From: Cyanophora paradoxa CCMP329
Taxonomy: Eukaryota; Plantae; Glaucophyta
Length of the DNA: 64,000 nucleotides
Assembly: GCA_004431415.1 (NCBI GenBank)
Contig: QPMI01000272.1
Coordinates: forward strand, 1 to 64,000
Reading direction: 5' to 3'
Part shown: one piece after another, positions 35,122-48,941 of the stretch
Layout: each line of letters begins with the position of its first letter
Numbering within the stretch: position 1 is the first letter of the stretch
Notes under the pieces: generated by a model
Told to the model about the DNA's origin: nothing
Databases searched by the model: none
Seen by the model: only the letters and a program-made list of their open reading frames with translations
Translations under genes and position numbers: made by a program

Positions 35122-38100
35122 ATGAGCGTCGCCGGCTCGCAGGCGGGGCTCAACAGCCAGCAGCAGCGGGAGCTCCTCCAAATGAACCAGGCGGCCGCCC
35201 TTCAGGATCTGCTTCAGGAGGTGCGTACAGCGGGACGGCTCAAGTAGCGCATGGGGGAAGCTTAGCTACGCACTTGGGATCGTTAGCTAGGGCGGCAGGG
35301 CTGATCGCCGGCGGCAGGTCGGAAACCTCAAGAAGGTCGTGGCGAACCTGAGCCTGAAAGACGAGGCAGCCAAGAAAACGCGCTTATCGAAGCTCGACGA
35401 GCTTCTGGGCAAGAAGGAGATGCCGAAGCTACCCCCGAAGAGTGCGTCGCCGAACGACCGGCCCGTGCCGCCAGCTCACGCCGTGCCGCAGACATCAAGG
35501 AGCCCGTGGCGCTGTCTGTGGACGAAAAGGGCTTCGTAAGAGTCGTTCCGGAGGACGCGTATGCTCAGGTGGGCACCCCGCCTTGGCGCGAGCCCGCCGC
35601 GAGCACCGCCGCGTCACACGGCCGGGCGCGGGCGCGCGCAGTCGGCGGACCAGCTGGTGAAGTTCATGGTGAAGGCGCCGGACTTCACGGACCAGGACAT
35701 CTTCCAGGCGGTGCGGCAGCGCACGGCGGCGCAGAAGAAGGCGAAGATGCGCGCCCTCGCCGAGAAGGGCCAGAAGCTGCACGAGGTCAGCGCGCCGGCC
35801 CCGCCCCGCGCGCGGGGCGCTCGTCGAGCGGGGCGGCGCAGGCGCCGCCGAGGTCGGCGAAGAAGCTGTTCCACCCGCTGGGCCCGGCGAAGGCGGGGAA
35901 GGCGAAGGCGGACGAGGACCCGTGGGCGGCGGCGACGCGGAAGCCCGGGATGGAGCTGCTGGTGCCGAACCGGGAGGCGAACGCGTGGAAGCAGCGGCGG
36001 CGGGCGCTGAAGGCCTTCCAGCGCAACGTCGAGCTCTACACCGTCGAGCCCCTCCACGTCCGCTCCGACGAGGAGGCCTCCACCGACGAGGAGGGCGCCC
36101 CCGGCCGCCCCTCGACGCTCTTCAGCTTCGCCGTCTTCGGGGCGCGCCGGTGGCGGCGGGAGTGGTACAAGGGGGCCCGCTTCGCGGAGGTGCGGGAGCG
36201 ACAGCTGGCGATGCGGCGGCGGCTGCTGGGGACGGACGGGCACCGGAGCGACCACCGCATCCGGCCCCGCGAGGTCCCCTACGCCCTCCGCCTCGCCCGC
36301 GGCGCCTCCAGGCCCCCCCAGGCGAGCCCCGCCGCGTCCCCCGCGCCGCGCCCCGCCGCGCCGCGCGGCGCTCACGGGGCGGCGGCGAGCAGCACCTGGA
36401 GCTGGAGCTGCTGCGCTCGTGCGTGTACGCGGCGACGGACATCCGCGAGGCCGCCCGCGCCGTCCTCCCCGGCGCCTACCTCGCCACCCGCTTCCACCGG
36501 TCAGACCCCGCCCGCCCGCCCGCCCCCCTCTTCCTCTTCCCCCGCCGACTTCTGACCGGCGCGCAGCGTGGTGGAGGACGCGTCGCCGGACGGGCGGTAC
36601 GCGCACTTCCGGACGGGGCGCGCGGACTACGAGAAGCTCTTCGCCTTCCCGTTCGGCTTCGCGCTGCCGCCGCGGGGCGCGCCCGTGCGCGTGCACCTCG
36701 ACGTCCGCGCCGCCGCCCTCACCCCGCGCAACGTCCTCGCCTTCGGCCTCTCCGACGGCGACACGTCCGCCCCCCCGCCCGCCCCCGCCCGCCCGCCCGC
36801 CGCTCGCCGGGGCGGACGCTGAGCGCGCGCGCGCAGCTTCGTGGGCTTCGAGCGCGGCTCGGCGAGCGACGGGGTGCTGGGCTGGGCGGTCTCCGGGGTG
36901 GACGACGGGGCGCGGCTGCGGAAGGCGGTGGAGCGCTCGACGTACCAGGGGACGGAGCGCCTGTGCGAGAACTTCGACGTCGACATCCTCATCGTCGACG
37001 GGGCCTCCCCCGAGCACGAGACCGACGTCTACGTGCGCCCCGGCTGGTCGGCCCGGGCGAGGCCGCCGAACCGCGCGCGCAGGTGGGGGCGTGGGCGAAG
37101 GACGTGCCGGCGCGGGCGCCGCTGCTCCTCAAGGGCCACCTGAAGCGGGGCCGGCCCCTCCAGCTCGCCTGCTTCGCCACCGGTGCGGGCGCCCCGTCCT
37201 TCCCCTCCCCGCGGGCCCCCGCCCACTCGGGGCCAGGGCGGCACGAGGAGTACGCCGTGCGCGCCGTCGCTGTCAACGTCTTCGTGCCCCGTGCGCCCGG
37301 CGCTTCGTGCCCCTCCTCGCGCCATCTGACGGCGCTTGGGCAGACGGGGGCGGCGCGCGGGTGCCGCACCTGGACGAGCGGCCGGACAAGCGGCTGCCCG
37401 AGTGGGTGCTGGACTACAAGGGCAAGCGCAAGTCCAACCGCGAGCGCAACGGCCGCCTCCGCGCCGCCCCGGCCCTCCTCGCCTCCGCCCCCGCCGGCCT
37501 CCCCTCCGCAGCCCCCTTGAACCCCACCGGCGCCGGCGCCGGCCCCGCGGCCGCCCCGGCCGCCGCCCGGGCCGCGGCAGCCGCCCGGGCCGCACCGGAC
37601 CCCGCGGCGGGAGCGCTCTTGTCGTCCGGGCCGGGCCCCGCTGCGCCGGCCGCGGCCTCCTCCTCGTCCAGCGCCGCGCCGGCCCCGCGGCAGGCGGAGC
37701 CGGCGGCCGCGCCGGCCGAGGGCGACTACGACATGTTCAGCGGCGTGAACGACGACATGTGGCGGCCCGGCGGCGGCCCCTACGACGCCGGCATCGGCGT
37801 CGCGTTCCCCGAGCCCCACGTACCCCCGTGCGCGGCTGCGGAACGCCCGCGCGTGCTCGGGGGCTGACGCGGGGCCCCCTCCAGGCGGGCGCAGGAGCGG
37901 AAGGCGGCGGCGTGGGCGGCGGCGGCCCCGCGGGCGTCCTGGCCGGTGTCGGACGGGCGCGGCTGGGGCTCGACACCGGGCGAGGGGACGGCCCCCTCCG
38001 CGCTGCGGCCCCAGGTGACCCTCGACCCGTGGCGCTCGCGCCTCAACGTGCACGGCGAGAAGGTGTACGAGGTGCGCCCTTCTCCCCGCCACCCGCCCTG

Positions 38101-38603
38101 TCCCCACGCCGCCGACGCGACGTGGCGCCGCGCAGTTCCCCGGCGGCTCGAACGTGCGGGCGGGGCAGCCGTGGGCGGAGCAGCCGGAGTGGCACCCGGC
38201 AGACGACGGGCGCGGGGCCCTGCCGCTCGCGCAGGCGCCGCGTGGCCGCGAGTACTTCGCCGGCCGCTACGCCCAGGAGGCCGAGGCGTACTGGCGCGGC
38301 GAGGGGTACGGAGGCTACGGCGCCCGGGCCCACGCGCACGCCCCTGCGGCGCCGCACGGGGCCCGGGACCCGTGGAGGGCGTACCCCCACGAGCCGCGGC
38401 ACCGGCAGCGCTCGCACCACGGGCACGGGCACGGGCACCACGAGGCGGCGAGCCACGCGCCGCACCCGGAGGACTACGGCCGCCACGACGGTTACGAGCC
38501 GCACGCCTACCACGAGCACGGGTACCGCCCCGAGTACGGCCAGGGGTACGGCCCGGCGGCGGGGTACGACCATGGCTACGACCAGTACGACGGCTACCAA
38601 TAG
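35122..38603 (+). CDS. Hypothetical multi-exon protein with His/Tyr/Gly-rich low-complexity tail
   Basis: MSVAGSQAGLNSQQQRELLQM...; high-GC3 exons with GT/GC-AG junctions; central globular-looking region (YEKLFAFPFGFALP...FDVDILIVDG); ends YDHGYDQYDGYQ*. Confidence 0.65.
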
Positions 38604-38964
38604 GCGTTTCAAGACATAGCAGCGCGCGTTTGTAATTGCGTTAATTCGATCCTCAAGTGTACATACACGCTCCATCGCCAGATGCGCCCGAAGGGGTGGG
38701 CGCGCGGGGGCCGCATATCCTCCTTATATTCCTCTTTTCCCCCTACTTTCGATCAAATATTAATCTCTCGAGCTCCTACGTACAGGCGCCTTCGATCCGA
38801 GGTTCGATATCGCCTCTCCTATATAGCTCGCGTGGCCTATATATATAGCTCTAGCTCCTCTTTAATCAATTTGTTCCCCTTCGAAATCTCTTCTTTCTCT
38901 TCCTCAAATGCAGGGCCTTCTAACATCTCTCCTTAAATTTATCGAGCACTTTAGTTCCTTCCCG

Positions 38965-41900
38965 ATGGATCAGCGCGTCGTCGACGTCGCGCTGCGGGCG
39001 TCGGCGCTCCTCGGCCTCTCTTCGTCGAGCTGCAGCTGCGCGTGCGAGGCGCGACGTCTCCCGCCAACAGGCGAGGCGCAAGCCGGCGATCGCGAGGAAG
39101 GGCCCGCGCGCGCGCCTGAGCCGTCAGCGGCGATCGGGTGCGTGCGCATTTCAGAATTCTGCGCCCGGCATCGCGATCGCGCGTTCTTCGCCCCGCGAAA
39201 TGATTACGACCCGCGGCCGCCCCGCTTTCGCATGCAGGTGCAAACTCGGGCTCGTGGCGGAAATGCTGGAAGAGACGCTCGAAGCGGACCGCGCCTTCGT
39301 GCTGCACATTTCGCGTGCCACACATGACGGTCGCGACGCTGAAGCGGGCGCCGCGCCTGCCATCATGTTCGACGGGTCAGTTCAATATTCGAATTCTTTA
39401 CTATAGTGAAAGCTTAAAGTGAACGCGTGGCGCAGAGAATTCGAATATCCGGTTGAGCTCGCGCGATTCGCCTTCGCTAATCTCTCAGAGAGCGAGCCAG
39501 TCTACTCCGTTCAAGATGGACGCGCGGCGCTCATCGGGCGCGGCGTTGAGCCGGAACTCGCGAAAGAAGTTGCCGATGAAATTAACGCCGGATCCTGCAT
39601 CTGGCGCCTCTGCTTCGCATTTGGCAAGGTGCCCAGTTGCCGCATATATAGCCGTGAAATAATCTGCTTAACCGCTCGTCCGGTGGGCTGGGCGCAGCCG
39701 TGGGCCCTCGCCGCAGTGCACTCGAAGGAAATTGGTCGGGCCTTCACCGTTGCAGATCGTGACGCGCTGAGTGCGATTGCGGATTGCGGTGCGTCGACTT
39801 ACTCGCACGGTGCTCTGTGGCGCATGCTGCATGCTGATCATGACTGGCTACGCTTGCGCCCGTCCAGTCGGCATGTCGCTCGCACTCGGCTTGCCGCAGC
39901 CATATGCATGGGCTGCGCGCGGAGAACCCGATAGATCTGAACAGCGACCGCAAGAGCTGACACATTCATCCGGATCGAGGGAGGAGAGCATGCGTTCACA
40001 TTCGCTCGAAGACATGTCGTCGACGGTGCAGACTCTGCAGAAGCAGGTTCGCCGCAATTTGCGAAATTGGAAGCATAGGTATAGGCTTCGCTAAAATCGC
40101 TTTTTCGCGATCTCAAACTCGTCGTGCATTAATATAAGAACTGCTAATAATATAACATTTCATGCGCAGCTGGCGGAGCGCACGGAGCTGCTAGACAGAT
40201 GGCGTCTGTGCGAAGCGCTTACTCGGGATATTGACCGCGGAATGCGATTGTTCGTCTTGCAGACCTCGTTTAATTTCCAACCGATAGCCAATTCATCGAT
40301 TTGTCTCGCAGACAACTGACTCTTAACGAAATTCTTTGCAACGTGGCAGGACGCGCCCGAGACCTGTTTCAGGCATGCTCCCTCCCCAGCCCGCGCCCGC
40401 GATCAGTTGAATAACAGCGAATGATGTGCAATAAAGTTTATTATGGTCTCTAAATCTTCCGATTTTATGATCGCATTGTACAACTGACGCGTAGCCAACC
40501 AGGCGGACGTCGTAGCGATCCACGCGGTTTCCGAGGGAGGTGTGGCGGGGGAGGGCCCAAACGGCGGCTCCGAGCCTTTCGAGCGCTATGTCCGTCCCCA
40601 TAGTTTAGACCCCCCCCCCCCCCCCCCCGAAAAAAAATCCGCGTGCGCCCTTAAGCTTCCGGACCTCGCCCCAGTTCGTGCTGCGCTCCGGGGAGACGGA
40701 GGTCACGGAGGAGGTCCTCACGCCGAGCTCTCCCGCCGTCTTGCGCCGACTCGCGGTGCGCGAATTCGAGCTGCGGCGCAGTCTAGTGCAGCGCGCTGAT
40801 CGATATCATGGCCATGGCACGTTTCCAAAGCGCTCGCTGGCAATGGATGGGCACACGTCCTTTTATTGCAACATAGGCGAATTTGTGCAGGTGCACTCGG
40901 TTGCAATTGTTTCATTCCGAGATTGCCATGAATAGTCAAAGTTTTTTTGAAATATGCGTATGCATCGATTTATTGGATTATATTAACATAGCCGATCGCG
41001 ATCGCGATCTTGAATTCGAACAGGACGCTGCAGAGGATCAGGCGAACGTCGCCCGCTGGGCTGCGCCCTTCGGTGTCCGCTCCGCCCTCGAGCGCGCGTT
41101 GGACTTGGGCGAACAGGTTTGATTCCGACAAACCAAATTTAATATCGTTAGCGTATCTGTCTCATGAACACACGGTTCCGACCCGCGGCCGTAGGCAACG
41201 GGTCTGGCCATGGTGACGATCGGGTGGACGCAGCCGCGAACCATGCCGCCGGACGAGATTCCAATCTTTCAAAATCTCACGTGCGCTGCGAATTTGAAAT
41301 GCATCAATATTACTGCATCCCACTTCACTCTTGCAATCGTCTGACGCGCCCGTCTAATGTGCACAGAAATTATCTGGGACACGCGGTAAGTCAGCGGTGC
41401 TGGCGGATCGCGATATCATGCATATGTATCATGCGCTTGAGTTAACGTTACCGATTGAAACATTTCGGGATTCGAATGCGTACGCGTGCCGCAGATCAGT
41501 CAGGAAAACCTCGTTCGCAAACTCGAATCACGCAATCGGCTTCTGCAGAGCGAAGTGCGCTTTTTATAAATTTAAGTTAAATTCTACGTATATACGTCAA
41601 TGTCGAAGTCGTTCTTTAATTTCATTTCCGTGCGTGCATCGCAGCTTTCGCGGGCAAAGCTTCTGCGATCGATGACGCAAGACATTCGATCCACGCTCGA
41701 AACCAGAAGGTTGGCTAACGTTAGCTATAGATCTAGATCCCGGGCTCCCGAATGCTGTACACGCGGGTATAACTTATAATTATGTGCGTGTCCTCAGGGT
41801 GATTGAGAAGACAGCGAGCCTTCTAAGGGACGCGTACGGGGCCGACGCGGTGGAGATCATGGCAGTCGGCACGAAGACGTCGGTACCGAAGGGCGCCCGC

Positions 41901-44900
41901 GCCCGCGGCGAATCGGACGTGCACCTGGAGGGCGGCGAGCTGTGCATCACGGACGTCGCCATGTCTCCCGAGGGCGCACCGGACGAGACTGCGCCGGCCC
42001 TCTGGCCAGTCTTTCGCGGCCGTGTCCAGGTGCGCACGCGCGCTTAAGCTCGCTAATTACAAGTACGCGCATGTGCATGTGCGAGCCCCCATGGCCACGC
42101 GCAAATATGTCACCGTCGATAAAATGAAATCAAATCGGTTTCGCGCGCTCACGTGTTCGTCGTGTTTTCGTAGGCGCTTATGAACAAACGGCCGTTCGAG
42201 ACTGTGCAGATACTCGACGTTCTGAAAGCCCAGGCGCGTGCAGAAGTGAAGCGCTAGCGTTGATTGTGAGCTTCGAGATTGTGAGTTGATATATTTTAAT
42301 GTCAATGCGGCAGGACTGGGCTGGGGAGGAGCCGCGCGGTCCGGAGGGCCTCGCGGAGGATGCGATCGTGCAGGCCGCTCAGAAGCTCGGCGTGCGCTCC
42401 TTGCTCTGGCGCACCACATCGTACGCGGGCAAGGTCCGTGCATTCGATCAACTGGCATGGACCGCAATCGATATCGCCAGCTAAACGTTGCGGTCGCACC
42501 ACGAACGTCCTGACTTGCGTGCCTCGCAGATAAACGGATGCTTTGCGGTGCGGCTTCAGTCTTTGGTCAATAGACATGCTACCGCCGAGCACTGCGGATG
42601 CACATGCGTGTGCCTTCAATTTCGCGGCTGACCATGAGTGCCGGCCGCCGTCCCGACGCCGCACACGTGGCGCCGGCAGTTGCGGTGGCGGGAGCCGGGC
42701 CGCGCCTTCAAGCCGTCCGAGCTCGTCCTCTTCGAGGACGTCTGCGAGGCGCGCCCCCTGCCCGGCCCGCCCTTCAAGAGACTCTAGATCTGTGAATTAT
42801 AATTGAAAACTCGCGCTCGCGCTCGCGCGCAGGCGGTTGGGGTCGCGCTGGAGCACGCGAACCTCATCCAACAGGTGCGCATGCGCATGCGCGGCCCTAT
42901 ATATGCCTGGATCTACGATCCGCACGGCGGATCGGATTCCGAGAGAGTTGAGCTTGTAGCGTTCGCAGGCCCAACAGGACGCCCGCGCTAAATCCGACTT
43001 CCTGTCCGGTCCGCGCCCTAATTTCTTTCGATTTAATCCTGGGCATGGAATCCAAAGGCATTGATTGTGATCCCGCGATCGCGGGCGGGCACGCGCGCGC
43101 GCGCGCAGTGATCACGCACGAGATGCGGACGCCGATGCAGGCGGTGATCGGGATCACGGACCTGCTGCTCGACATGAAGCCCTCCATCGAGCAGCGCGAG
43201 TACCTCTCCGTCATCCGCTCCTGCGGCCAAGCGTCCGCCCCGCCCGCCCTCCCCGCCTCTCCCGCTGCTTAGATCACTCCGGGATCCGTTCGCGTTCGGA
43301 GCAGGCTGGTGGACCTGGTGAGCGAGGTGCTGGACTCGAGCGCCGTGGAGCGCGGCAACCAGCTCCGCATCGCCGTCGCCCCGATGGACCTCCGCTCCTG
43401 CGCCGAGGAGGTCATGGACATGATGCGAGCACCTTCCTTCAATTTAAATCAATTTAGAGCAGAGCGTCGGAACGAATTACAGGAGCCTTTGCAGGTGGCC
43501 CGTGGCGTCGCGGAACAACCTCGCACTCCAGCTTCGGGCGAGTCGACGCCGAATTTATATTCGAGCGCTCCCTTCTGCCCGCCGGCGCCGCCCTCATGCA
43601 CCGGGGCGCCTCGTCAGATGGGCGCTCGGGTGCCGCGCTTCATCGTGTGCGACAAGAGCCGCATCCGCCAGGCGCGAATTCGAAATGCACCCCTCTAGCT
43701 CCGATTCATTACTCGCAATATTCTATAATTGATTATAATGTAATTCATGCTCCCGAGCTCCCGAAAACGTCGAATTCTTTGCTATTGATGCGCATGCTTC
43801 GGTCGATTCAGGTGGCCATCAATCTGGTTGGCAGTGCGTTGCTTTCGAATTCATTATACAATACTAATATTAATCACGGTCGACGTTGCATTTTCGAATC
43901 ACGTTGCTATTTCGCAGACAGCACGAAGTTTTCCGAGGAGGGCCGGGTCATCATGGAGGTGCGCAACAGATACATCGATGTCGATTTATATGCATTTAGA
44001 TGGAGATGTCGATCTTTTATGTTTGTAACTGATCTAATCGACACTTTCTGTGGGCAGATCGAAGCGGAGGGGGCGCCGGGGGAGGACGGGCGCACCCTCT
44101 TCCGCATCACCGTCACCGGCGCGCCCCTCCCCTCTCATCTGCCCCGCTCCGGATCCTTCGAGTTAACAGGCCGCCCTCCCTTCCTCTGCCCGTGGCAGAC
44201 ACCGGGGCCGGCATCGCGGAGGCGGACCAGCGGCGCCTCTTCACGTTCTTCACGCAGCTCGACTCCACCAAGAGCCGCCGGCACCGCGGTGCGCGACCGC
44301 GGGCCGCTCCAGCAAGACTCCAGCAAGAGCCGCGCACCTGCGACCACTGCAATTGACAGCTGCAGGGTCCGCTGCAATTGACGACCTTGTTTGCGCAGGC
44401 ACCGGCCTTGGACTCTTCATCTCCGTGCGCAAACCATGCATTAATATTATTTATATCAATGGAGATGCACATGAATTCGAGCTCGAGGCCGCGAGCGCAT
44501 GAAATATTTAATATTGCGTCGACGCGTCGCCCGCAGCTGCACATCGCGCAGGGGCTCGGCGGGGGGATGGAGGTCCTGTCCACCCCCGGCACCGGCAGGT
44601 CTGTAGACATCGATACCCGCGCCAGTACTCGTGCCCCGTTCCCCCTCCAGATCCGTTCTTTTCACACTGCGGCCGGCGCCGGCGTCGCGCGCGCGCAGCA
44701 CGTTCGCGTTCACGTTCCGCGCGGCGGTGGTGGAGGCGGCCGACCCGCTTCTGCCCCTCCTCCACAAGACCGCCGTCCTCGAGGCCTGCCCTTTACAACT
44801 TTTCTCCGCTTCAGCGCTCCTTAATATAACCAACGGGTGAGACAGGGGGACGCGGTGCTGCGGGGCAAGACCTTCATCGTGGCGGTGGACGAGCCCGTGT

Positions 44901-47211
44901 GGGCGGGCACCATCGCCGTCGACGCCGAGCGCTGGGGCATGCGCGTCGTCGAGGTCGCCCGGGCCCCGGCCTGCTCTCGAGCTCGCCACCGGCCTCGCTG
45001 ATCATCGGATCACGACACTCGGGCAGGTCCGAAGCATCGAGGGCGCAATCGCGGTGCGTGTGCAGATCGAGAGGAGACGCGTGAACCCCGGCCGGCGCCG
45101 GGGCCGGGGCGCGCAGGCGATCGTCTCGCGCGCATGCGCAGGCGGTGCGGGGGGAGGTGGGGGCGGGGCGGGGCGGCGACATCGGGGGCCTCCTCCTCTA
45201 CATGCCCTCCACCGTCCCCAAGGAGAAGACCGGCGACGCGGTGCGCCCGCTCGGGCCCCGCTGCTTTAATTTGATCCGACAGCGAAGAGCCCAATTTCGA
45301 ATTTGCTTGGAGACCCGGGCGTGATCGCGGGCGGGGCGGCGCCGGCCGCGCGCGTTCGCAGGTCGAGCTGCTCTGCGGGGAGCTCGAGCGGGCGAAGGGC
45401 CCCGGGGACCTCGCGCCGGCCCCCTTCATGCCCCTCCGCATCCACGTCCCCCTCGCCCCCTGTGCGCCCCGCCCCGGAGCTCGGGCCGGGCCCCGAGCGT
45501 GCTTTACAGGCTTCGGATTCTAATTTCGCACTAATGTTTAAAAGTTAGAGGTCTGATCATGAGCGGGGCGCAGGGGCGCGGCGGGAGAACGTGTACTCGC
45601 TGCGCCTCCCCATCGCCGAGCAAAACCTCCACGAGTGCGCCCGCCCGCTCCGCTCCGCGCCGCGAAACGCGAAACGCGACCCGATCGCGAGCGGCCGGCG
45701 CAGCTGCCTGGTGCAGGGGTTCCGGGCGCGGCGGGACGCGAGCGTGCCCCGCACCATCCCGACCGCGGCGGCGGGCAGCTGCAGCGAGGCCGAGGTGCGC
45801 GCGCGCGGGGCCGCTCCAGGCAGGCCTAGGGTCGCGATTGAGGGCCGACCGCGGTGCGTGCGCGCGGCTGGGGCCTGCGGGGGCAGATCATGCGGAGGGC
45901 GGACACCCTCGCCCCCGCCTTCGACGAGCTCGAAGAGCCGCTGCGCTCGGCCCTCTCCGGCTCCGCCGAGGCGGCCCCGCAGCCGTGCCTTCCGCGGCCG
46001 GCCCCGCACCCGCAGCCGGCGGACGCCGCCACGCGAGGGGAGCTCGAGCCGGCGGCGGCGGCGGCGGCGCGCGGGGCGCTCCGCATCCTCTTCGCGGAGG
46101 ACACGCCGGCGCGCCTGCCCGCCCTTCCCCTGCAGCCGGCCGCTGGCCCGCCCCCGCCCTCGCCGCGAAGTCACGATCGCGGGGCGCGCAGACGAACGCG
46201 AAGATCGTGATGGTGCAGCTGCGCAAGCTCGGCTACGCGCGCGTGACGCACGCGGGGGACGGGCTCGAGGCGCTGGAGGCGGCGCGCGCCGCCGAGGCCC
46301 GCGGCGAGCCCTTCCACGTCCTCCTCTCCGGTGCCCGCGGCCGAGCTCCAGCGAGCGTTCTCCAATTGCAAGCTTAAATAATATACACCAAGCCCATAGA
46401 TTGAGAGCGATGGCGCAGATCTGATGATGCCGCGGATGGACGGCCTTGAGTCGCTGCGACGGATGCGCGCCGAGCTGCCCCCGGCCTGCCTCCCCTACGC
46501 CGTCGTCATCTCCGGTGACCACTGATTTTCCTGATAAAAAATTCAAGTTTCCTGAGTGTCGCGGGCAGCGAATGTGGGGGCGGCGGACCGCGCCGAGTGC
46601 GCCGACGCCGGATTCGATGCGTTCCTCGCCGTGCGCTTCTCTCCCTCCCTCCCTCCCCCCCCCTCTTCCCCCCTCCCCCCCCTTCCCTCCCCCCCCTTCC
46701 CCCCCCCACTTCCCCGGGGACCCTCCTCCCCTTCTTCCTCCACTCAGCCCCCCAGCCCTCCACGTTACCCCCTTCTCCTCTTCCCCTCTTCCCCGGCTCC
46801 CCCCCCCTCTCCCCCCGCCCCCGCCCCGCCCTCCTCCCGGGACCCCTCCCTCCCTCCCCCCCCCCCCCCCCCCCCCCCCCTCCCGCCCCCTCCCTCGGCC
46901 GCCCGCCGGCGCCGACGCGAGGGCGCGCTGGTGAGCAGAAGCCGGTGCGGGGGTGGGACCTGGAGGGCGCCCTCGGGGTGGCGGCGGAGTGGCTCGCCGC
47001 CCGCGACCGCCGAGAGCCCGCAGCCGGCCACGGCGAGGAGCCGGCGAGCGGCCCCGAGAGGGCCGCAAGCTCGCAGACCGGGGGTACCCATGGCCAGGCG
47101 CGCCGAGCGGCCCCCGCCACGGCCCGCGGCGTCCATCTGGCCTCTGACCGTCGGACCTCGCGATTGCGCATGTGGGGCCGCGGCCTGGGCAGGCGTGCAT
47201 GCAAGAGATGA
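38965..47211 (+). CDS. Hybrid histidine kinase: two GAF-like domains, HisKA, HATPase, pseudo-receiver, receiver
   Basis: GAF-like LEADRAFVL...RAFTVADRDALSAIA and YGADAVEIM...FKPSELVLFEDVCEAVGVALEHA; H-box AKSDFLSVITHEMRTPMQAVIG; N-box NLVGNSTKF; G1 VTDTGAGI; G2 GTGLGL; receiver LRILFAED, DLMMPRMDGLE, GFDAFLAKPV. 5' start and exons at 40.2-41.6 kb are uncertain. Confidence 0.88.
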
Positions 47212-48941
47212 CGGAGGCGGAATCGTAGTCTTCGACGTCGACACCGATGTACTCAAGCTTGTCGACGGCCGCCGGGCGACTCGACGCCTTACTAAGCTGG
47301 CCTGTACATAATTGTGATCATGCATGCATCTGATCATGATCATGAGCGATCATGATCACGTATATATACATTATTCGATTCAATGACCTGTCTTGTATAA
47401 ATAATTGTGAGCAGCTCGCGATCGCGAATCGACATGTACACAACGTACGTACAGACTGCAGCTGTCATGATCACCAGCTGCAGTGCGCCCCCGTTGGCCA
47501 GATTCGAGCGAGCGAGGACTCGCCGAGGAGGCGGCTAGCCGCTGGGCGATGGCCATGGCCCATGGGAGACACGTGCACATCTTCATGACACTGTATATAG
47601 CTAGTACTTCCATTTCGAACTTGAGTTGACGTTCACATGATCATGAGGTCTAGATCTAGATCTAGCGTAGCCGAACGGGGATCCGGAGCGAGTCGACAGT
47701 CGACGTCTGCGTGTGCGCAGTTAGCTATAGCGAGCTCGCGCCGGGCGCCAAATATTTAATGCACATCATAATCGATAGGGAGAGCGGGCCCCCAGGGCGG
47801 CGGCGGCGGCAGGACCGAAGGTGCGGCCGAAGACGCACCTCTCGTCCTGGACTTTCGCGTGCGCATGCGCCGGGCTTTCGAGGAGCCTCCAGATTTCGAG
47901 AGCCTCCGGGCGTCGGCGCCCCACACGCGTACGCACAGACGTACGCGTCGACGGCGGCCGCGGGGGCAGCGGCGTCGGCGGCGAGACACCTACGGCTTCG
48001 TTGACGAGCGGGGCGAGCGGCCTGCCGGCGGCAATGTCCGCTAAGAGCTTCTGGCCCACCGCAAGCTCGCCCGCGAAGCGCGCCATCGCATCCTCGCGCA
48101 TCTGCCACATGCACATCAAGGGTTCCTCGGTCGCTGACACGACCACGAGGGGCTGCAGCTGCACACAACCATTAAACGAACGTCGAACGCGAGCGCGTAC
48201 GGGCCTCGAAGCGAAGGCCACGAACCTTGACGTCAGTGAGGCGGAAAGGGCAGACCTCGGGCGCAGAGTTGGTGCAAGCGTACGTACGCGTCGCCTCGCT
48301 CAAGCTCGCCGACATCGAAAGGGCCGTGCGGCGGCGGAACGAAGCCAGCTGCAGTCGACGTCCTTCGTCCAACAGAGGTCCTCCGGAGCAGCTCGTGCAC
48401 GTGGAACAGGAATGTTGCAAGCGGTCTCAGGCTAGCTATAGTCGTGAGATCGTCCTGGGGGCCTGCGGGCTGCGGGCGGCAAGTCGGCACGGAGGAGCTG
48501 CGGGCTACTCCTCGAATGCATCATGCGAGTGCGCGAGTGAAGGAGCCTCCGAATGTACAGTGAAGGCAGGTCTACCTACGTATCCCCCCCCCCCCCCCCC
48601 TGCAATTAGTGATCGGTCGCCCGCGATCGAGCTCTCCCTTGATCGATTGTCGCGCTTTCCCTTCACCCCTCCCTTGATCGAGCTCGCCCGCGGCCGGCCG
48701 CCGGGCCAGGCACGGGGCTCGAGTGATGCCTCAGGGCCTCGCGGCGGAGCCGTGCGGAGCCGTGCAGCGGAGGGACACGAACATGAGCATGAAATAACTG
48801 AATCATAGGCTAGCGCTAGCGCTCCGTCAGGTGCGCGCTAGCCAGATTGGAGCGAAGGCGTGCACGTGGGCGCGCGGGACCCGGCGGGGCTGGCGCTAGC
48901 GCTGCCAGGCTGGGCGGGCGAGCTCCGGATCCAGGCCTGCG

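Noticed and set aside
38965-43000. Phytochrome or cyanobacteriochrome call for the GAF kinase
   Set aside because: No DIP or CH chromophore-binding motifs and no PHY domain were visible.
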